NCBI GenBank assembly: GCA_951406725.2
Contig: OX597825.1
Coordinates: 22,692,001 to 22,756,000 of the forward strand
Length of the DNA stretch: 64,000 bases
DNA from: Octopus vulgaris
Lineage: Eukaryota
Direction: 5' to 3'
Shown: positions 13,380 to 26,418 of the stretch, piece by piece
Numbering within the stretch: the stretch's first letter is position 1
How the letters are laid out: each line of letters begins with the position of its first letter
Notes under the pieces: generated by a model
The model's input: the letters and a program-made list of their open reading frames with translations, nothing else
Told to the model about the DNA's origin: nothing
Database searches by the model: none
Translations under genes and position numbers: made by a program

Positions 13380-13631
13380 ACACTAACTGGCATCTCTAGA
13401 GAAGAGTACATGCGACACTCAGATCGCTAATGTTTGTTGTGTACTCGCTATCGGTATTTGATTGCCATTATTTTCTGCGTGTATGTCAAGATCAGTTGTG
13501 TTTTGCAGGGTTGCTTTATTTCAACCTTTAACTTAGAAATGGAGAAACGGCGTCCCGTTTGACCGATGTACAGAGGTACAGAGAAGGACAGAAAGAGCAG
13601 CAGATGCGTTAAATGACGTTGATAGACGTGC

Positions 13632-13635
<4 letters not shown>
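13380..13635 (-). pseudogene. Penelope-like GIY-YIG endonuclease fragment
   Basis: Minus strand TCTSINVI*RICCSFCPS / LYIGQTGRRF ... NISDLSV. Confidence 0.75.
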
Positions 13636-13660
<25 letters not shown>

Positions 13661-13662
<2 letters not shown>

Positions 13663-13919
13663 CTTTATTTAAAGCAGCAGAAAATTCAACAAAACCTGTT
13701 ACTCTGAGTTTCCCGTTGCCGTTCATCGGACAGTTTTTGCTAGAATATATATATACATATACTTTATTTAAAAAAGCAGCAGAAATATAACAAAAGATGT
13801 TACTCAGAGTTTCACGTTCCCGTTCGTCGGGCAGTTTTGTTAAACAAAACTGTCCGACGAACGTGAAACTCTGCAGTAACAGCTTTTGTTATATATCTGC
13901 TGCTTTTAAATAAAGCATA
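13661..13919. repeat. Three copies (two minus, one plus) of an ~80-bp hammerhead-bearing repeat; copies 2 and 3 form a palindrome
   Basis: CTGT-CCGAYGA-ACG(GNRA)CGT-GAAA-CTCNGAG-TA-ACAG at 13696-13733(-), 13797-13834(-), 13850-13882(+). Confidence 0.8.
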
Positions 13920-13957
13920 ATCATCATCATCATCATTGTTCGACCGTGGTCGAGACT
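13920..13957 (-). mobile_element. Tiny 3'-end fragment of an RTE LINE
   Basis: Reverse complement GTCTCGACCACGGTCGAACAATGATGATG matches 62888-62921. Confidence 0.75.
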
Positions 13958-14105
13958 TTCATAGTCTTTTCAAATGGCTAATAATGTGTGCGCGCGCCAC
14001 TACTACACACATAATACTCTACCTCTGGTATTTGAGTACTCTTTTTTCCACTTTGATTCACATTTATGTGCTTACTCCGGTATACATATATATATAAATA
14101 TATAC

Positions 14106-14191
<86 letters not shown>

Positions 14192-14490
14192 TTGACTTGT
14201 GTATATTAACGACTACCGAGATAAGTAATACTAGTAGAAGAAAATATAGTGTGAACAATTGCGCAATAGCGACGCTTTGAATACATTAGACACATTTTTC
14301 TACAATTTTTTTCTGGAACTAATTACTTTGCAAAGAAATGATAGCCATGTAACCAACGGCGTCATATGGCGGTAGACGTGTAAAACATATAACAACCACT
14401 AGCTTTCAGTAGTAATCAGATGGATGAAACTCGACTAAAACAAGACCTAGCCGAAGATCACACTAGCATCTAAGTTAAACCGTATGGATA

Positions 14491-14885
14491 ACTCTCTTTA
14501 CTATCCCTTTTACTTGTTTCAGTCATTTGACTCTGGCCATGCCGGAGCACCGCCATTAGTCGAGCGAATCGACCCTAGGACTTATTCTTTGTAAGCCTAG
14601 TACTTATTCTATCGGTCGCTTTTGCCGAACCGCTAATTTACGGGAACGTAAATACACCAGCATCGGTTGTCAAGCGATGTTGGGGGGACAAACACAGACA
14701 CATAAATATACACATACACCCCCACCCCCCATATATATACAAATATACGACGGGCTTCTTCCAGTTTCCGTCTACCAAATCCACTCACAAGGATTTGGCC
14801 TACCCGAGGGTGCGACGCAGTGGGATTGAATCCGGTACCAACTGGTTGGTAAACAAGCTACTTACCACACAGCCACTCCTACGCC
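14491..14885 (-). mobile_element. SINE family A
   Basis: Reverse complement of the family A consensus. Confidence 0.85.
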
Positions 14886-17800
14886 TAAACCACATTTAAA
14901 TTAAGGCAAATAGGATTGAACGCCCAGCTAGCACCTACGATGCACAATTTGAATTTTTGTGTGCGGTACGTACATTTTTGAGGATAGTGTTACATGATAC
15001 AACCCAATTATTAGCTACTTTGAATAATTATCTCATTATTTAGGTATTTGAATTCGACCTTATATCAGTTATGGAAGCACATATGTTCATTGCAATCCGA
15101 AAAGATTCTCTTATCAACAATACATGTCAGGAACAAAATGATCATTTTTGCAATAGCAACATCAAGTCTTGTGGCTAAGCTTCTACTTTTCACCATTGAG
15201 TGATCTTTACATTCACTTTTTAAAATGCCTCTAACAATAATTCACCATTCAAATTGTAATGTATTGCCATGGAGCATATTGAGTCAGCTAACCATGTGTA
15301 TTAAGTTTAATCGAGGAAATATTTGAATTGAAGAAGGTATTTGAATTCAATGGATCGCAAATACGGGTATATAAATGAAATTGACAGATCTTTTGGTTGA
15401 ATTACGATGGTATTTTCAGGTGAATGGCGTTTAATTCCCTGTGTTGTACCAATCTGAGATGAAATTAATGAAAGTTCCAAGAGCTTTAGGAAGAAATTCG
15501 AATCATGCGTCTCACCAAAAATATGTGCATTCAACCGACAGCAAGCGATATAGAGGAAATTTTGTATAGAACTGAATAACGAAAATAACTATGGTGGTAA
15601 AGCCTACCTAGAATATAAATTCCAGATGCTTTGTGTTTTATGGAGAACAGCAAAGAGGCTTTTGCAGCAGCAATATCTTACCATAGTTCCAAAGAAATTT
15701 CATGTCTGCAGATTAGCTGAGCGACTTTGGAGTTCTTTGTTATTTCAAAAACCTCAACTTCTACACAAATGAATTTTTAAACAGAGCATTGTTTAGAGGA
15801 AATGGCTCCATACGGAATTTTAAAGTCCAATCCTCATACTGTACCCATGTATACATATTGCATTGGGAATTCTTATGGGATTATTCTAGGTTGTCCTTCA
15901 TTCTTCCAAATTAAAAAGGTATTTGTGGATTCATAGTCTGTGGAGAACATTTACTTTAGTTTTTTTTTTTTCATAGGTAATCTAATTACGTTTAGACAAT
16001 ACTTAAATATTGTCGTCTAGTTTTGGGAAGTTCTTTGCCATATACAAATAAATGCTTCAACATGAATTATGAAGAACAGATAGGATGAAACCAATTAACT
16101 GTCTAAAGTTTGCTACTCTATGTGAAAGGCCTCTCCGAAAAAAGTCTCAACAGAACTGTTATTTACGCTGTTATTGGAGATGGCAAACGGAAATGGGAAT
16201 GGTAATTTATACCATGGGGCTTCAAATATAGTCAAATGGCCTTGTGCCTTTATAATTTCATAAAACTCAAAGCCAAACGATGGTAATTATCAGAGTTTAT
16301 TCACAGAACAATGACTGCTTCCCTCAGGTTAAGTTTATGTAATCATATGCACAAAACAACATTGGACATCGCAGTTTTGTAGAAGCCAAGAAGGAAAATA
16401 TAATTTTACACAACACATAGTACATATAGAAGGAAATTCTGTGGAGGAATAGCTAATCCTTTTTCTCTAGATTACACACTGATTTTTGTTTCTCTTTTAC
16501 CTCTCTTGCCATCTATGGTTATCAATACAGATCTTCAAACAAACTTTACCTCATTATTTTCTTTAATACATATGTCATAAAAGATGGCTTTCTCAAAGCA
16601 TAAGCATATATATGTTTAAAAGCATGCAATAAAATTAGTCATTGGTCCACAATAGTGATATGCCTCCGTATGGATTGCTGTTTACTCCCAAACTGTTACA
16701 TACAACATCTCGAGACATTTCCCACGATAGTGGTTATAACATAGTGCATTGTTTTGAAACTCAGATTTTCACTAAATACACGAGCACGCGTGCGTGTGTG
16801 GCGCATGTGTGTGTGTCTACATCCGTGTGTCCGTATATATTCATGTACGTATATGTGTATGCATTTATATATATGTATGTATTAGTTTTAAACCTTTTAG
16901 GAAAATGACGATACGAAAATTAAGGCAACACTGATTGATATCAAAATGATACAGTATAGTGTTATTCTTTGTTAATTATCAAGGATTCCAATCTGAAATG
17001 CTCAGCTTTACCTGACTGACTGGTAAAATATAGACAATTTCATAGTAAAAACCGTCTTGCAAAACCTATAACGTAGGCGTCAACAATTAGGCTGCTCCGG
17101 GTACTTTATTGAACTCAGTTCAAAGGTGCTTTGGGGCTGTAGGGTTGGCTGTAAGGGTGTGTGGGTGTACATTAAGCAGTACAGATACTTCCCCTGAAAT
17201 CCTTAGTTTGCCGTGTTATGTTGATATGCTAAGGGAGTTTGTATTTGAAATAGTCGCAATTCCGATTGCGGAGTTTGAACCAAGTAAGTAGCATATTGTC
17301 TTGACTCGGGCAACAGCCCATAGTTAAAATAATTTAGATAGAAATTCAGTTGAAATTTTTCGGGTTAAAGGAGTAACGTTTATTATACATTGTTACACTG
17401 ATTTTGTTTATGGGTACACGCGGCTATAGAACAGTCAGCCGTTTATAATTTGATTCAGTGAGTTGTTAGTTCAGCTGATTAAATAACACAATGCTCATCG
17501 TCTTAATAGATGGAGGCCCATCCGCATTACGTAATTATATTTTCCAAGATCACCGAAAAACTTTCATTAATAAGTTTAGGTTATAGAAAATTAATTCCCC
17601 AGATATATATAATCGCATGAATTCATAAATAAAATATTAAGCTGGATTTTTTTTTCTACAAAATTCTACTTAATAATAATTCAGCGACAACTCTAATTAT
17701 CGCATTTATATTATTTATATTTTATCAGCTTCGATTAATATTACTTAATTAGAATTCAAGTCAGCCATTTTGAGGCAATTTCACCTTTTGGGTACATTTT

Positions 17801-18170
17801 GGTAAGTTTTCATGCTTTTAAATAAGAATTTTTTTTATCAAAATTTACGATAAAAATTTCATTAATTTGAAAGCTTATATATTAAGCAGAATGCATTTTA
17901 GCAATTTCATATTATCGCAGATATTACTTAATATCCTATCGTTTACTGTAAATGCCAAGTGACTCCTCCACGCGTGAAATACAATGAATATTAGATTCTA
18001 GTTTCTAAAATATTTCTCGTATGAAATCCGATCAACATCATATATATATATATATATATATATCAACAATCAAGGAACGGCCATAATAGGCCATTCACCC
18101 ACTAGAAATAACAGCCAAAGCTTCAACCGCAACCTAATAACAGCCAAAGCTTCAACCTATATTGATTAAT

Positions 18171-18205
<35 letters not shown>

Positions 18206-18210
18206 ATATA

Positions 18211-18268
<58 letters not shown>

Positions 18269-18394
18269 TATATATACATATAAAGTAAAATAAAAATTAG
18301 AGAAAAAAACACTATTATGCAATTCAAAGAATGATAGACATAAACCAAATCATAAATAAAAAATATATATTTTTATCAAACATATAACTAGATC

Positions 18395-18439
<45 letters not shown>

Positions 18440-18914
18440 CATATGTGTATATGCACTTATGTATGTGTATCTTGGTGTGCCTGAATGTGCGTGGTTGTGT
18501 TCAAACCTGTGTATGTATCTGTAAATGTACGCTACATTGTTGATGTCATCAATGTAGCCCGTGTGGATAGGAGCTGCTGACCTTCTCGTGTGTGTCTGTG
18601 CATGTGTATGTGTTTGTGTATGTATATATATGTGAGCATGTGTGTGCATATGTGAGTGTGTGTGTATGTTTAGAGAACCATCACTCACTTTACGTGACGG
18701 CTGATATCGTTCAAATATCAAAATGTGGCGGAAGATTCAGTTAACCAATGAAACGGTATCCAAAGAGGAGTTTTACCTGATATATATTTCCCATATTTAT
18801 TTGAAATGTTAATTTGTTTACAGTGTTCGCGATGAACTGTTACTTCTCCTTGACAATATTTTAGTATTTGTTCACTTGTATGTTTGTTATGTTCAAAGGG
18901 GAGTATCTTGTGCT

Positions 18915-19510
18915 TGATGTCTTGCAAACAACTTGCACATGCAAGTGCTACCAGTTAAAAGCTCCGTATACCGGAAGCTAGCAAGTGTATGGGGTCATCA
19001 GGAGAGAATGCGCGCCGTTTCGGGGCCTACCTCTCGACGGCATCAATGCGCACCGTCTCCCCTCACTGATATGAGGCCCCGCTTGCTAGATCAGCTGGTT
19101 ATGAAGAACTCAATATACTTCTAGCCATCGCTCATCGTCTCTTTTTAACCAAATCCAGTGACTAGCCTTCTCCACTGTAGATTGGATATCAGTCATGGTG
19201 GTATTGACTTTACGATGTTTTAGGCCTAGCGATAACAACAGTCGTCTCACGCTGTGTCCAACAAACCCTCTACATCCGACTTCGATAGGAAAATGTTCCG
19301 CTTTCCAGCCTGCGTCTTCACATTCCTTGAGGAGGTTTTCATAACGGTTCAATTTTCCAGCCCGAGCGGCGTCCATATTATCTTCATGAGGAACCGTTAG
19401 CTCGACTATATTTACAACTTTCTTTCTTTCACACCACATCAAAATATCTGGTTTTTTCGTAACTGGGATGGGAAAGAAAACCTGGCACCCAGGTAAATCA
19501 ACGAGTTCAA
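18915..19510 (-). mobile_element. 5'-truncated Hero-like (R2 superfamily, REL endonuclease) non-LTR retrotransposon 3' end
   Basis: KPDILMW...IVELTVPHEDNM...KLNRY...FPIEVGCRGF...VEKASHWIWLKR; PD-(D/E)xK REL domain with open frame to the stop at 19110; structured 3' UTR. Confidence 0.85.
18978..19089 (-). ncRNA. Putative rearranged (pseudoknotted) hammerhead ribozyme in the 3' UTR
   Basis: Minus strand ...GGGGCCT...GCCG-TC-GAGAG-GT-AGGCCCC-GAAA-CGGC...CTCTC-CTGATGA; all core nucleotides present and three perfectly paired stems. Confidence 0.7.
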
Positions 19511-19604
19511 TGTTCTTACATCCGCGAACAACATAAATGACCTGTCTAAGGTAAAATATAGTTTTTATAGCAACCAGTTGTTATACTTAGCGGTATCTTC
19601 TCGG

Positions 19605-19907
19605 CGGAGGGGCAATGGCCCAGTGGTTAGGGCAGCGGACTCGCGGTCATAGGATCGCGGTTTCGATTCCCAGACCGGGCGTTGTAAGTGTTTATTGAGC
19701 GAAAACACATAAGCTCCACGAGGCTCTGGCAGGGGATGGTGGTGATCCCTGCTGTAATCTTTCACCACAACTTTCTCTCACTCTTACTTCCTGTTTATGT
19801 TGTACCTGTATTTCAAAGGGCCGGTCTTGTCACTCTCTGTGTCACGCTGAATATCCCCGAGAACTACGTTAAGGGTACACGTGTCGTAACCGACGGAGTG
19901 CTTCCCT
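19605..19907 (+). mobile_element. tRNA-derived SINE (family D), copy 2
   Basis: TGGCCCAGTGGTTAGG A-box and GGTTTCGATTCC B-box; matches 113-441 with an internal deletion. Confidence 0.85.
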
Positions 19908-20829
19908 AATCCTCTCGGTGAATTGCGAACACTACTTCTCTGTTATTGGCAAATAAAATATTTTCGGAAAATCTACTCAGTCAACATTCTAATAAAAGCT
20001 AGATGATACAAATAAATATACGAGTATTTCCAATTGTATGCAGACCATTTGCAGTATTCTTCTACCATATTCATGTTATTAGCAGAAACAGTATATTGGT
20101 ATTTTTTTAAATACATTTTTATTCGTTCGATTTTTTTTTCTTTTGATACTAAGTTTTGCCAATATCACGCCGTTCTGTTTTTTGGATTATATTATATTTT
20201 CCCCGGACAACTGTCACACTCATGAACGTATTCAAAAATCTATTCATATTTACTGCATCTTTCATTTTTTGTTTGTTTGTTCGTTTTTTTTTTCTTTTTC
20301 TCCTGTCTGTGTGGTAAAAATCAGAGACATGACTAATCTAAGAAAACAAGACGAAAATAAGAATTGATATTTGAAATCTGTCATTTCATCACCTTGAGGA
20401 TACAAACACCAGGAATCATATCTATTGAGTTGAAGAAATAAATCATATTTCTCAAAGTTTATGTATTGTTATTTTGACTGCAAGTTCACTGAAGATATTG
20501 ACATTTGGAAATTTGGTGTGTATGACACAATAGTGTTATTCCACATGTCCATCTCCATGGCACCAACTTTTGAGAATAGTGTTCGCCTGTCATTTCAACA
20601 TAAAATGCATAAAATGAGGAGCCCTACTTGTAATACAGATACACAGCAACATTGATAAGGGCCAACGTCTAAAACCATAGGCCAAAAACAAGACCAACGT
20701 TATCTTATTTTTAAACATGAAAAGAATTGTGTTATCGAACCATCACTGGACACGGTTGATTGATTTTGAACGAAGAATCAAGTACAATAAAAAATTTCAA
20801 TCTTTAAAGTATTAGATCCGGTATATAAA

Positions 20830-21380
20830 TTTTCTTCTTCTTCTTCTTCTTCTTCTTTCTTCTTTTCTTTTCCTCCTTTCTTTCTTCATTTCTACTGTCT
20901 GCCTCTTCACCTTCTACTCTTAATTCTCCTTTCCCTCCATGTTTCCCCTTTTTCTTTCTTCTTCATCTTGTCCTTGAAAATCTTACTCCCTCCTGCTCCG
21001 CCTCATCCTCTTTCTTCGTCTTCTTCTTCTTTTTCTTCGTCTTCTTCTTCTTCTTCTTCTTCTTCTTCTTCTTCTTCTTCTTCTTCTTCTTCGTATTGTC
21101 TTTCTTGTATTCCTTCTTTTTTAACCGTCTTCTCTTTCCTCTTTCTCTCTTCCTCCTCCTCTCCTTCTTCTTCCTTCTCTTTTACTTCTTGCCTTTCTTG
21201 TTTTCTCTTTTAAGCATCTCCTCGTTCCTCATTCTCTCCCCACTTCCTCTTTCTTCTTGTTGTTCTTTTTTCCTTCTTTTTAACCGTCCCCTTCTTCCTC
21301 TTTCTCTCTTTCCCCTCGTCCTCCTCCACTTCCTCCTCCTCCTCCTCCTTCATTTCCACCTTCAACTTTTCTTAACTTCA
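20830..21380. repeat. Polypyrimidine/(TCT)n low-complexity tract
   Basis: About 550 bp almost entirely C/T on the + strand. Confidence 0.9.
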
Positions 21381-21935
21381 ACATTTCATATAAACCATCG
21401 TCTGAACGAGTGTCTTGAACAATCATGTAAATGTGGAATTTGATTCTATCATTGAAGTATCTCATTTGAGAGTTAGGCAAAGTTTTTCCTTTTTGCTTTG
21501 TTTTATTTTTATCTCAGCGATTGTCAGTAATAAATGGTGGGGTAAAAATTTACTTCACATACAGTGATATATGTCAAGAAAACTTGTGAAGGTGATAAAA
21601 CTTATTGAGTGCCAATATATAACATTTTATTTTAGGTGTAAAACGTAGTTACGCTTATGTGGTTCACGCCTGTCAGCCATATTGGAAGCGTGCCAGCAAT
21701 GAGGGAGAAACGGCGTTAAAAGTTGAGGGAGGAATCAAATCTGCTTTTAACACCAAAACAATACAGAATTTTTTTATTTAATTTAATAAAATCATACTCA
21801 TTCAAACACACATACACACAGATTTAGCCGCATTCACACAGAGAATATATACTCAACTATTGTAGCTAAAGATTTATATTTCTTTCGTATGTATAATATA
21901 TATATATATACATACATATATATATATATATACAT

Positions 21936-21992
<57 letters not shown>

Positions 21993-22699
21993 TATGTATA
22001 TATATATGTATATGTTTGTGCGTGTGTGTCTCTGCAAATACATGTGTTATATATGCATGTACGTATAAGATATATATATATATATATATATATATCTTTT
22101 AGAATTGCATTTTCAAACCTTCATTCATATATATATATATATATGTATATATACACACATATATATATATACGTATGTATATATGTATATTCCAAACGCT
22201 GAAACAGCTTTAAGAGTGATTTTAATGATTCCAATAATTTATATTAAGGTTTTTTATAATTGTATTCTTATCTTATATGTATTGAATTTTAATGTATATA
22301 TGTATGTTATTGTGGTTCTCGTTTTGTTAAATATATAAGTCAACACTCTAATATCCTAAAGCTGATAAACCAACTAAATTGTTTCTCCATTTTCTTATTT
22401 GTATTATATATATGTGTAAATCTATATATATATAGAATGTTTGTGATACGTGCGTTAATTTACCAACTGATGGCTGCTAGGAAACAGGTTTCTACTCCCC
22501 AACGTAGACCTTATGTCTCTACAAACCAGAGAAAAAAACTGTTTTAAGCAGATATCTTTGAGGAAGCGGCATTTAATTAAAGAAATTCTCGGCCTATTCA
22601 TGAAGTACGATGTACGCTTTAAGACTAGGTAACGACGATTTTTATTCTAATAAATGAGATACGTTCTATCTTATTTCCTATGAATGTCGAATATTATAA

Positions 22700-22862
22700 G
22701 GCGTAGGAGTGGCTGTGTGGTAAGTAGCTTGCTTTCCAACCACATGGTTCTGGGTTCAGTCCCACTGCGTGGCACCTTGGGCAAGTGTCTTCTACTATAG
22801 CCTCGGGTCGACCAAAGCCTTGTGAGTGGATTTGGTAAACGGAAACTGAAAGAAGCCTGTCG

Positions 22863-22940
<78 letters not shown>

Positions 22941-23149
22941 TGTGTCTGTGTTTTTCGCCCCCACTATCGCTTGACAACTGATGCTGTTATGTTTACGTCC
23001 CCGTAACTTAGCGGTTCGGCAGCAAAAACCGATAGAATAAGTACTAGGCTTACAAAGAATAAGTCCTGCGGTCGATTTGCTCGACTAAAGGCGGTGCTCC
23101 AGCATGCCCACAGTTAAATGACTGAAACAAGTAAAAGAGTAAAAGAGTA
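22700..23149 (+). mobile_element. SINE family A, full length
   Basis: Complete tRNA head, CORE-like motif, microsatellite and tail. Confidence 0.9.
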
Positions 23150-23463
23150 AGGTGCCACTAAGAGGATACGTGGGAAATACCAGGAAAATAAAGGTTTTTG
23201 GTAATTTTCATCATCACATTTAAAATGTTTTATTGAAAATGGTGTAGAGACATGAGTGTGTGTTTAAATTTTTTGCTTTGCTATCACATGGTTCAGAGTT
23301 CAAATCTACTTTAATTCGGGGATGACCAATATCTTTGAATGTATTTGGTAACTGGATAGAAAACCGCTGCATCTGTGTTTGTGTGTATGTGTGTGTGTGT
23401 GTCCGAAAATAACTAAGAAACAAGAGCTCATGTATTAGAATGTTTGCTTAATCCTGGACCGAG

Positions 23464-23695
23464 TACTCTTTCACTTGTTTCAGTCATTTGACTGCGGCCA
23501 TGATGGAACACCACCTTTAGTCGAGCTAATCGACCCCAGGACCTATTCTTTGGAAGTCTAGTACTTATTCTATCGTTCTGTTTTGCCGAACCACTAAGTT
23601 ACGGGGACTTAAACACACCAACATCGGTTGTCAAGCGATGTTGGGGGACAAACACAGACACACAAACATATACACACACATATATATATATATAG

Positions 23696-23745
<50 letters not shown>

Positions 23746-23761
23746 TTATATATATATATAT

Positions 23762-23792
<31 letters not shown>

Positions 23793-23963
23793 CACATATA
23801 TACGACGGGTTCTTTCAGTTTCCGTCAACCAAATCCACTCACAAGACTTTGGTAACCCCGTGGCTATAGTAGAAAACACTTGCCCAAGATGCCACGCAGT
23901 GGGACTGAACTCGGAACCATGTGGTTGGTAAGCAATCTACTTACCACACAGCTACTCTACGCC
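23464..23963 (-). mobile_element. SINE family A, full length
   Basis: Reverse complement of 22700-23149. Confidence 0.9.
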
Positions 23964-24960
23964 TTATATATGAAAGACAAATTTCCAGTGAAGTTTACAT
24001 TCTATTTGGCCGTTTAGTCATAGGCTAACTTGTTAAAGACAGCGTATTCGAAAATATTTTAGAATGTAAGTAAATGGCGTAAAATGGTCACGATTTTCTT
24101 GGAAGTAAACAAGCTCAACATCGTGAAGCATTGATTGAAAAATGCTTCGGGCCAATCAAGAATTACATTGCAACATGTTCCTTAAAATAAATTTTCTTCA
24201 TTGTCACTTTGGAATTTTTGACTCTGAATGCTGTGGGAGAATTAGTTATAAGGATAGAGAAATTGTTTACTAGGACAATGATCCGATGTGAAAAGATAGA
24301 ATACCACTCAAATACTGGGGGAGATCCTTTTTTCTTTTTATCTATCTGTTCTTCTATCTCCCTGTCTGTCTATCTCTCTCTCTCTCTCCCTTCCTCTCTT
24401 TCTCCCGTTCTCTCTTGCATTTTATAGCACTCGGATATGCAATGCCGTAATACGACCGTGGGGATCTTCTCACAGCGTCTTTTTCTATAGAAATGAAGAC
24501 GGATCGACCGAGTGTCTGAAAGCCTATTATAATGTTATAATGTGTTACTCAAATAACCGAAACAGAGATATGCATACAGAACTGAAACACATCAAACACT
24601 TAAAAACATGCCTGTAAACACACACACATGCAAGCATATGTACATACACACAAACACAACATACACATGTGTATGTATTTATATTTGTCACCCACCGCCG
24701 GCCAAGAACTGAACTGTGCTCATAACAAAAATATAGGCAGCGTATATTAATATGCGAAAGCTTAGTCAAGTCCGATGTAAGTAGAGGATAGGTGTCACTC
24801 ACATATAATCAAAATTATAGCAAAAAGTATGTGCATGTGTGTATGGATGGATGGATGTTTGTATATATGTATCTATGTATGCATGCATTTATGTGTGAAC
24901 ATGTATATATTTATTCATGCTTACAAACACACTCACATATATAATATTTATGCGTTTGAA

Positions 24961-25745
24961 GGCAGAGAGATGGCAGAAACGTTAGCACACCGGGCGAAAT
25001 GCTTAGCAATATTTCGTCTGCCGCTACGTTCTGAGTTCAAATTCCGCCGAGGTCGACTTTGCGTTTCATCCTTTCGGGGTCGATTAAATAAGTACCAGTT
25101 ATGCACTGGGGTCGATATAATCGACTTAATCCGTTTGTCTGTCCTTGTTTGTCCCCACTGTGTGTAGCCGCTTGTGAGTTATACAGAAATAGGTATTTCG
25201 TCTTTACGTTCTGCGTTCAAATTCCGCCGAGGTCGACTTTGCCTCTCATCCTTTCGGGGTCGATTAAATAAGTACCGGTTACGCACTGGAGTTGATATAA
25301 TCGACTTAATCCCTTAGTCTGTCCTTGTTTGTCCCCACTCTGTGTAGCCGCTTGTGGGCAGTAAAAAAATTTTAAAAATCTTAGCACGCCGGGCGAAATG
25401 TTAAGAGGTATTTCGTCTGCTGTTACGTTCTGAGTTCAAATTCCGCTGAGGTCGACTTTGCCTTTCATGCTTTCAGGGTTGATTAAATAAGTACCAGTTA
25501 CGCACTGGGGTCAATATAATCGACTTAATCCGTTTGTCTGTCCTTGCTTGTTCTCTCTGTGTTCAACTCCTTGTGGGTAGTAAAGTAATAGGTATTTCGT
25601 CTGTGGGTAATACAGAAATAGGTATTTCGTCTTTACGTTCTATGTTTAAGTTCCGCCGAGGTTGACTATGCCTTTCATCCTTTCCAGATCGACAAATTAA
25701 GTACCAACTGTGTACTGGGGTCGATGTAATTTTGGGGCTTGTGCA
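24961..25745 (+). mobile_element. Meta-domain-like tRNA SINE (family B), tandem multimer
   Basis: GGCAGAAACGTTAG head, GAGTTCAAATTCC B-box, GCCTTTCATCCTTTCGGGGTCGAT..AAGTACC Meta-like domain repeated 4 times. Confidence 0.85.
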
Positions 25746-26147
25746 CACACAAGCTTTTCGTTTGAACTATATTCCCTTATAAATGGGCTTCATATTGCAC
25801 ATCGTTAGTTACTGGTAAAATATATCTAGAGTTATTCTCATATATTGACCTTATTCCTCAGTCTTGCAGAAAACCTAATATTGATTATATATGAAATTTT
25901 GAATAATATACAATAAAAAGTATTAACAAAAACAAATTACGCTATATTTGAGGAATGAATACAGTTTCGGTTTTTATATCCATTAGGGTGTAACGATATT
26001 GCTCCTTCCGGAATGAAAATGCGAAATTGATTTATAAAAATTAATTTCTTTTTTTTTTTTTTATTCACGCTGGTGCTCATCTGCCTATATTGTATTATAT
26101 GCTTTCCTACAGATCAACTTAAATTCATCATCATCATCAGTAAGAAT

Positions 26148-26338
26148 TCGAGCTGGCAGAGTCGTTAACACGCCAGACAAAATGCTTAGCTGCATTTCGT
26201 CCGTCTTTACATTCAGAGCTCAAATGTTGCCGAAGTCGACTTTACCTTTCATTTTATAAGGATCGATAAAATAAGTACCAGCTGATCACTGGAATCAATG
26301 TAATCTCCTGAAATTGCTGTCCTTTTACCAGAATCTGG
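26148..26338 (+). mobile_element. SINE family B monomer
   Basis: Same head and Meta-like domain. Confidence 0.75.
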
Positions 26339-26339
26339 A

Positions 26340-26385
<46 letters not shown>

Positions 26386-26418
26386 GTAGTATTATTATTA
26401 TTATTATTACTATTATTA

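Noticed and set aside
15070-16460. Possible decayed transposase or exon region
   Set aside because: No recognisable motif in any frame that I could support.
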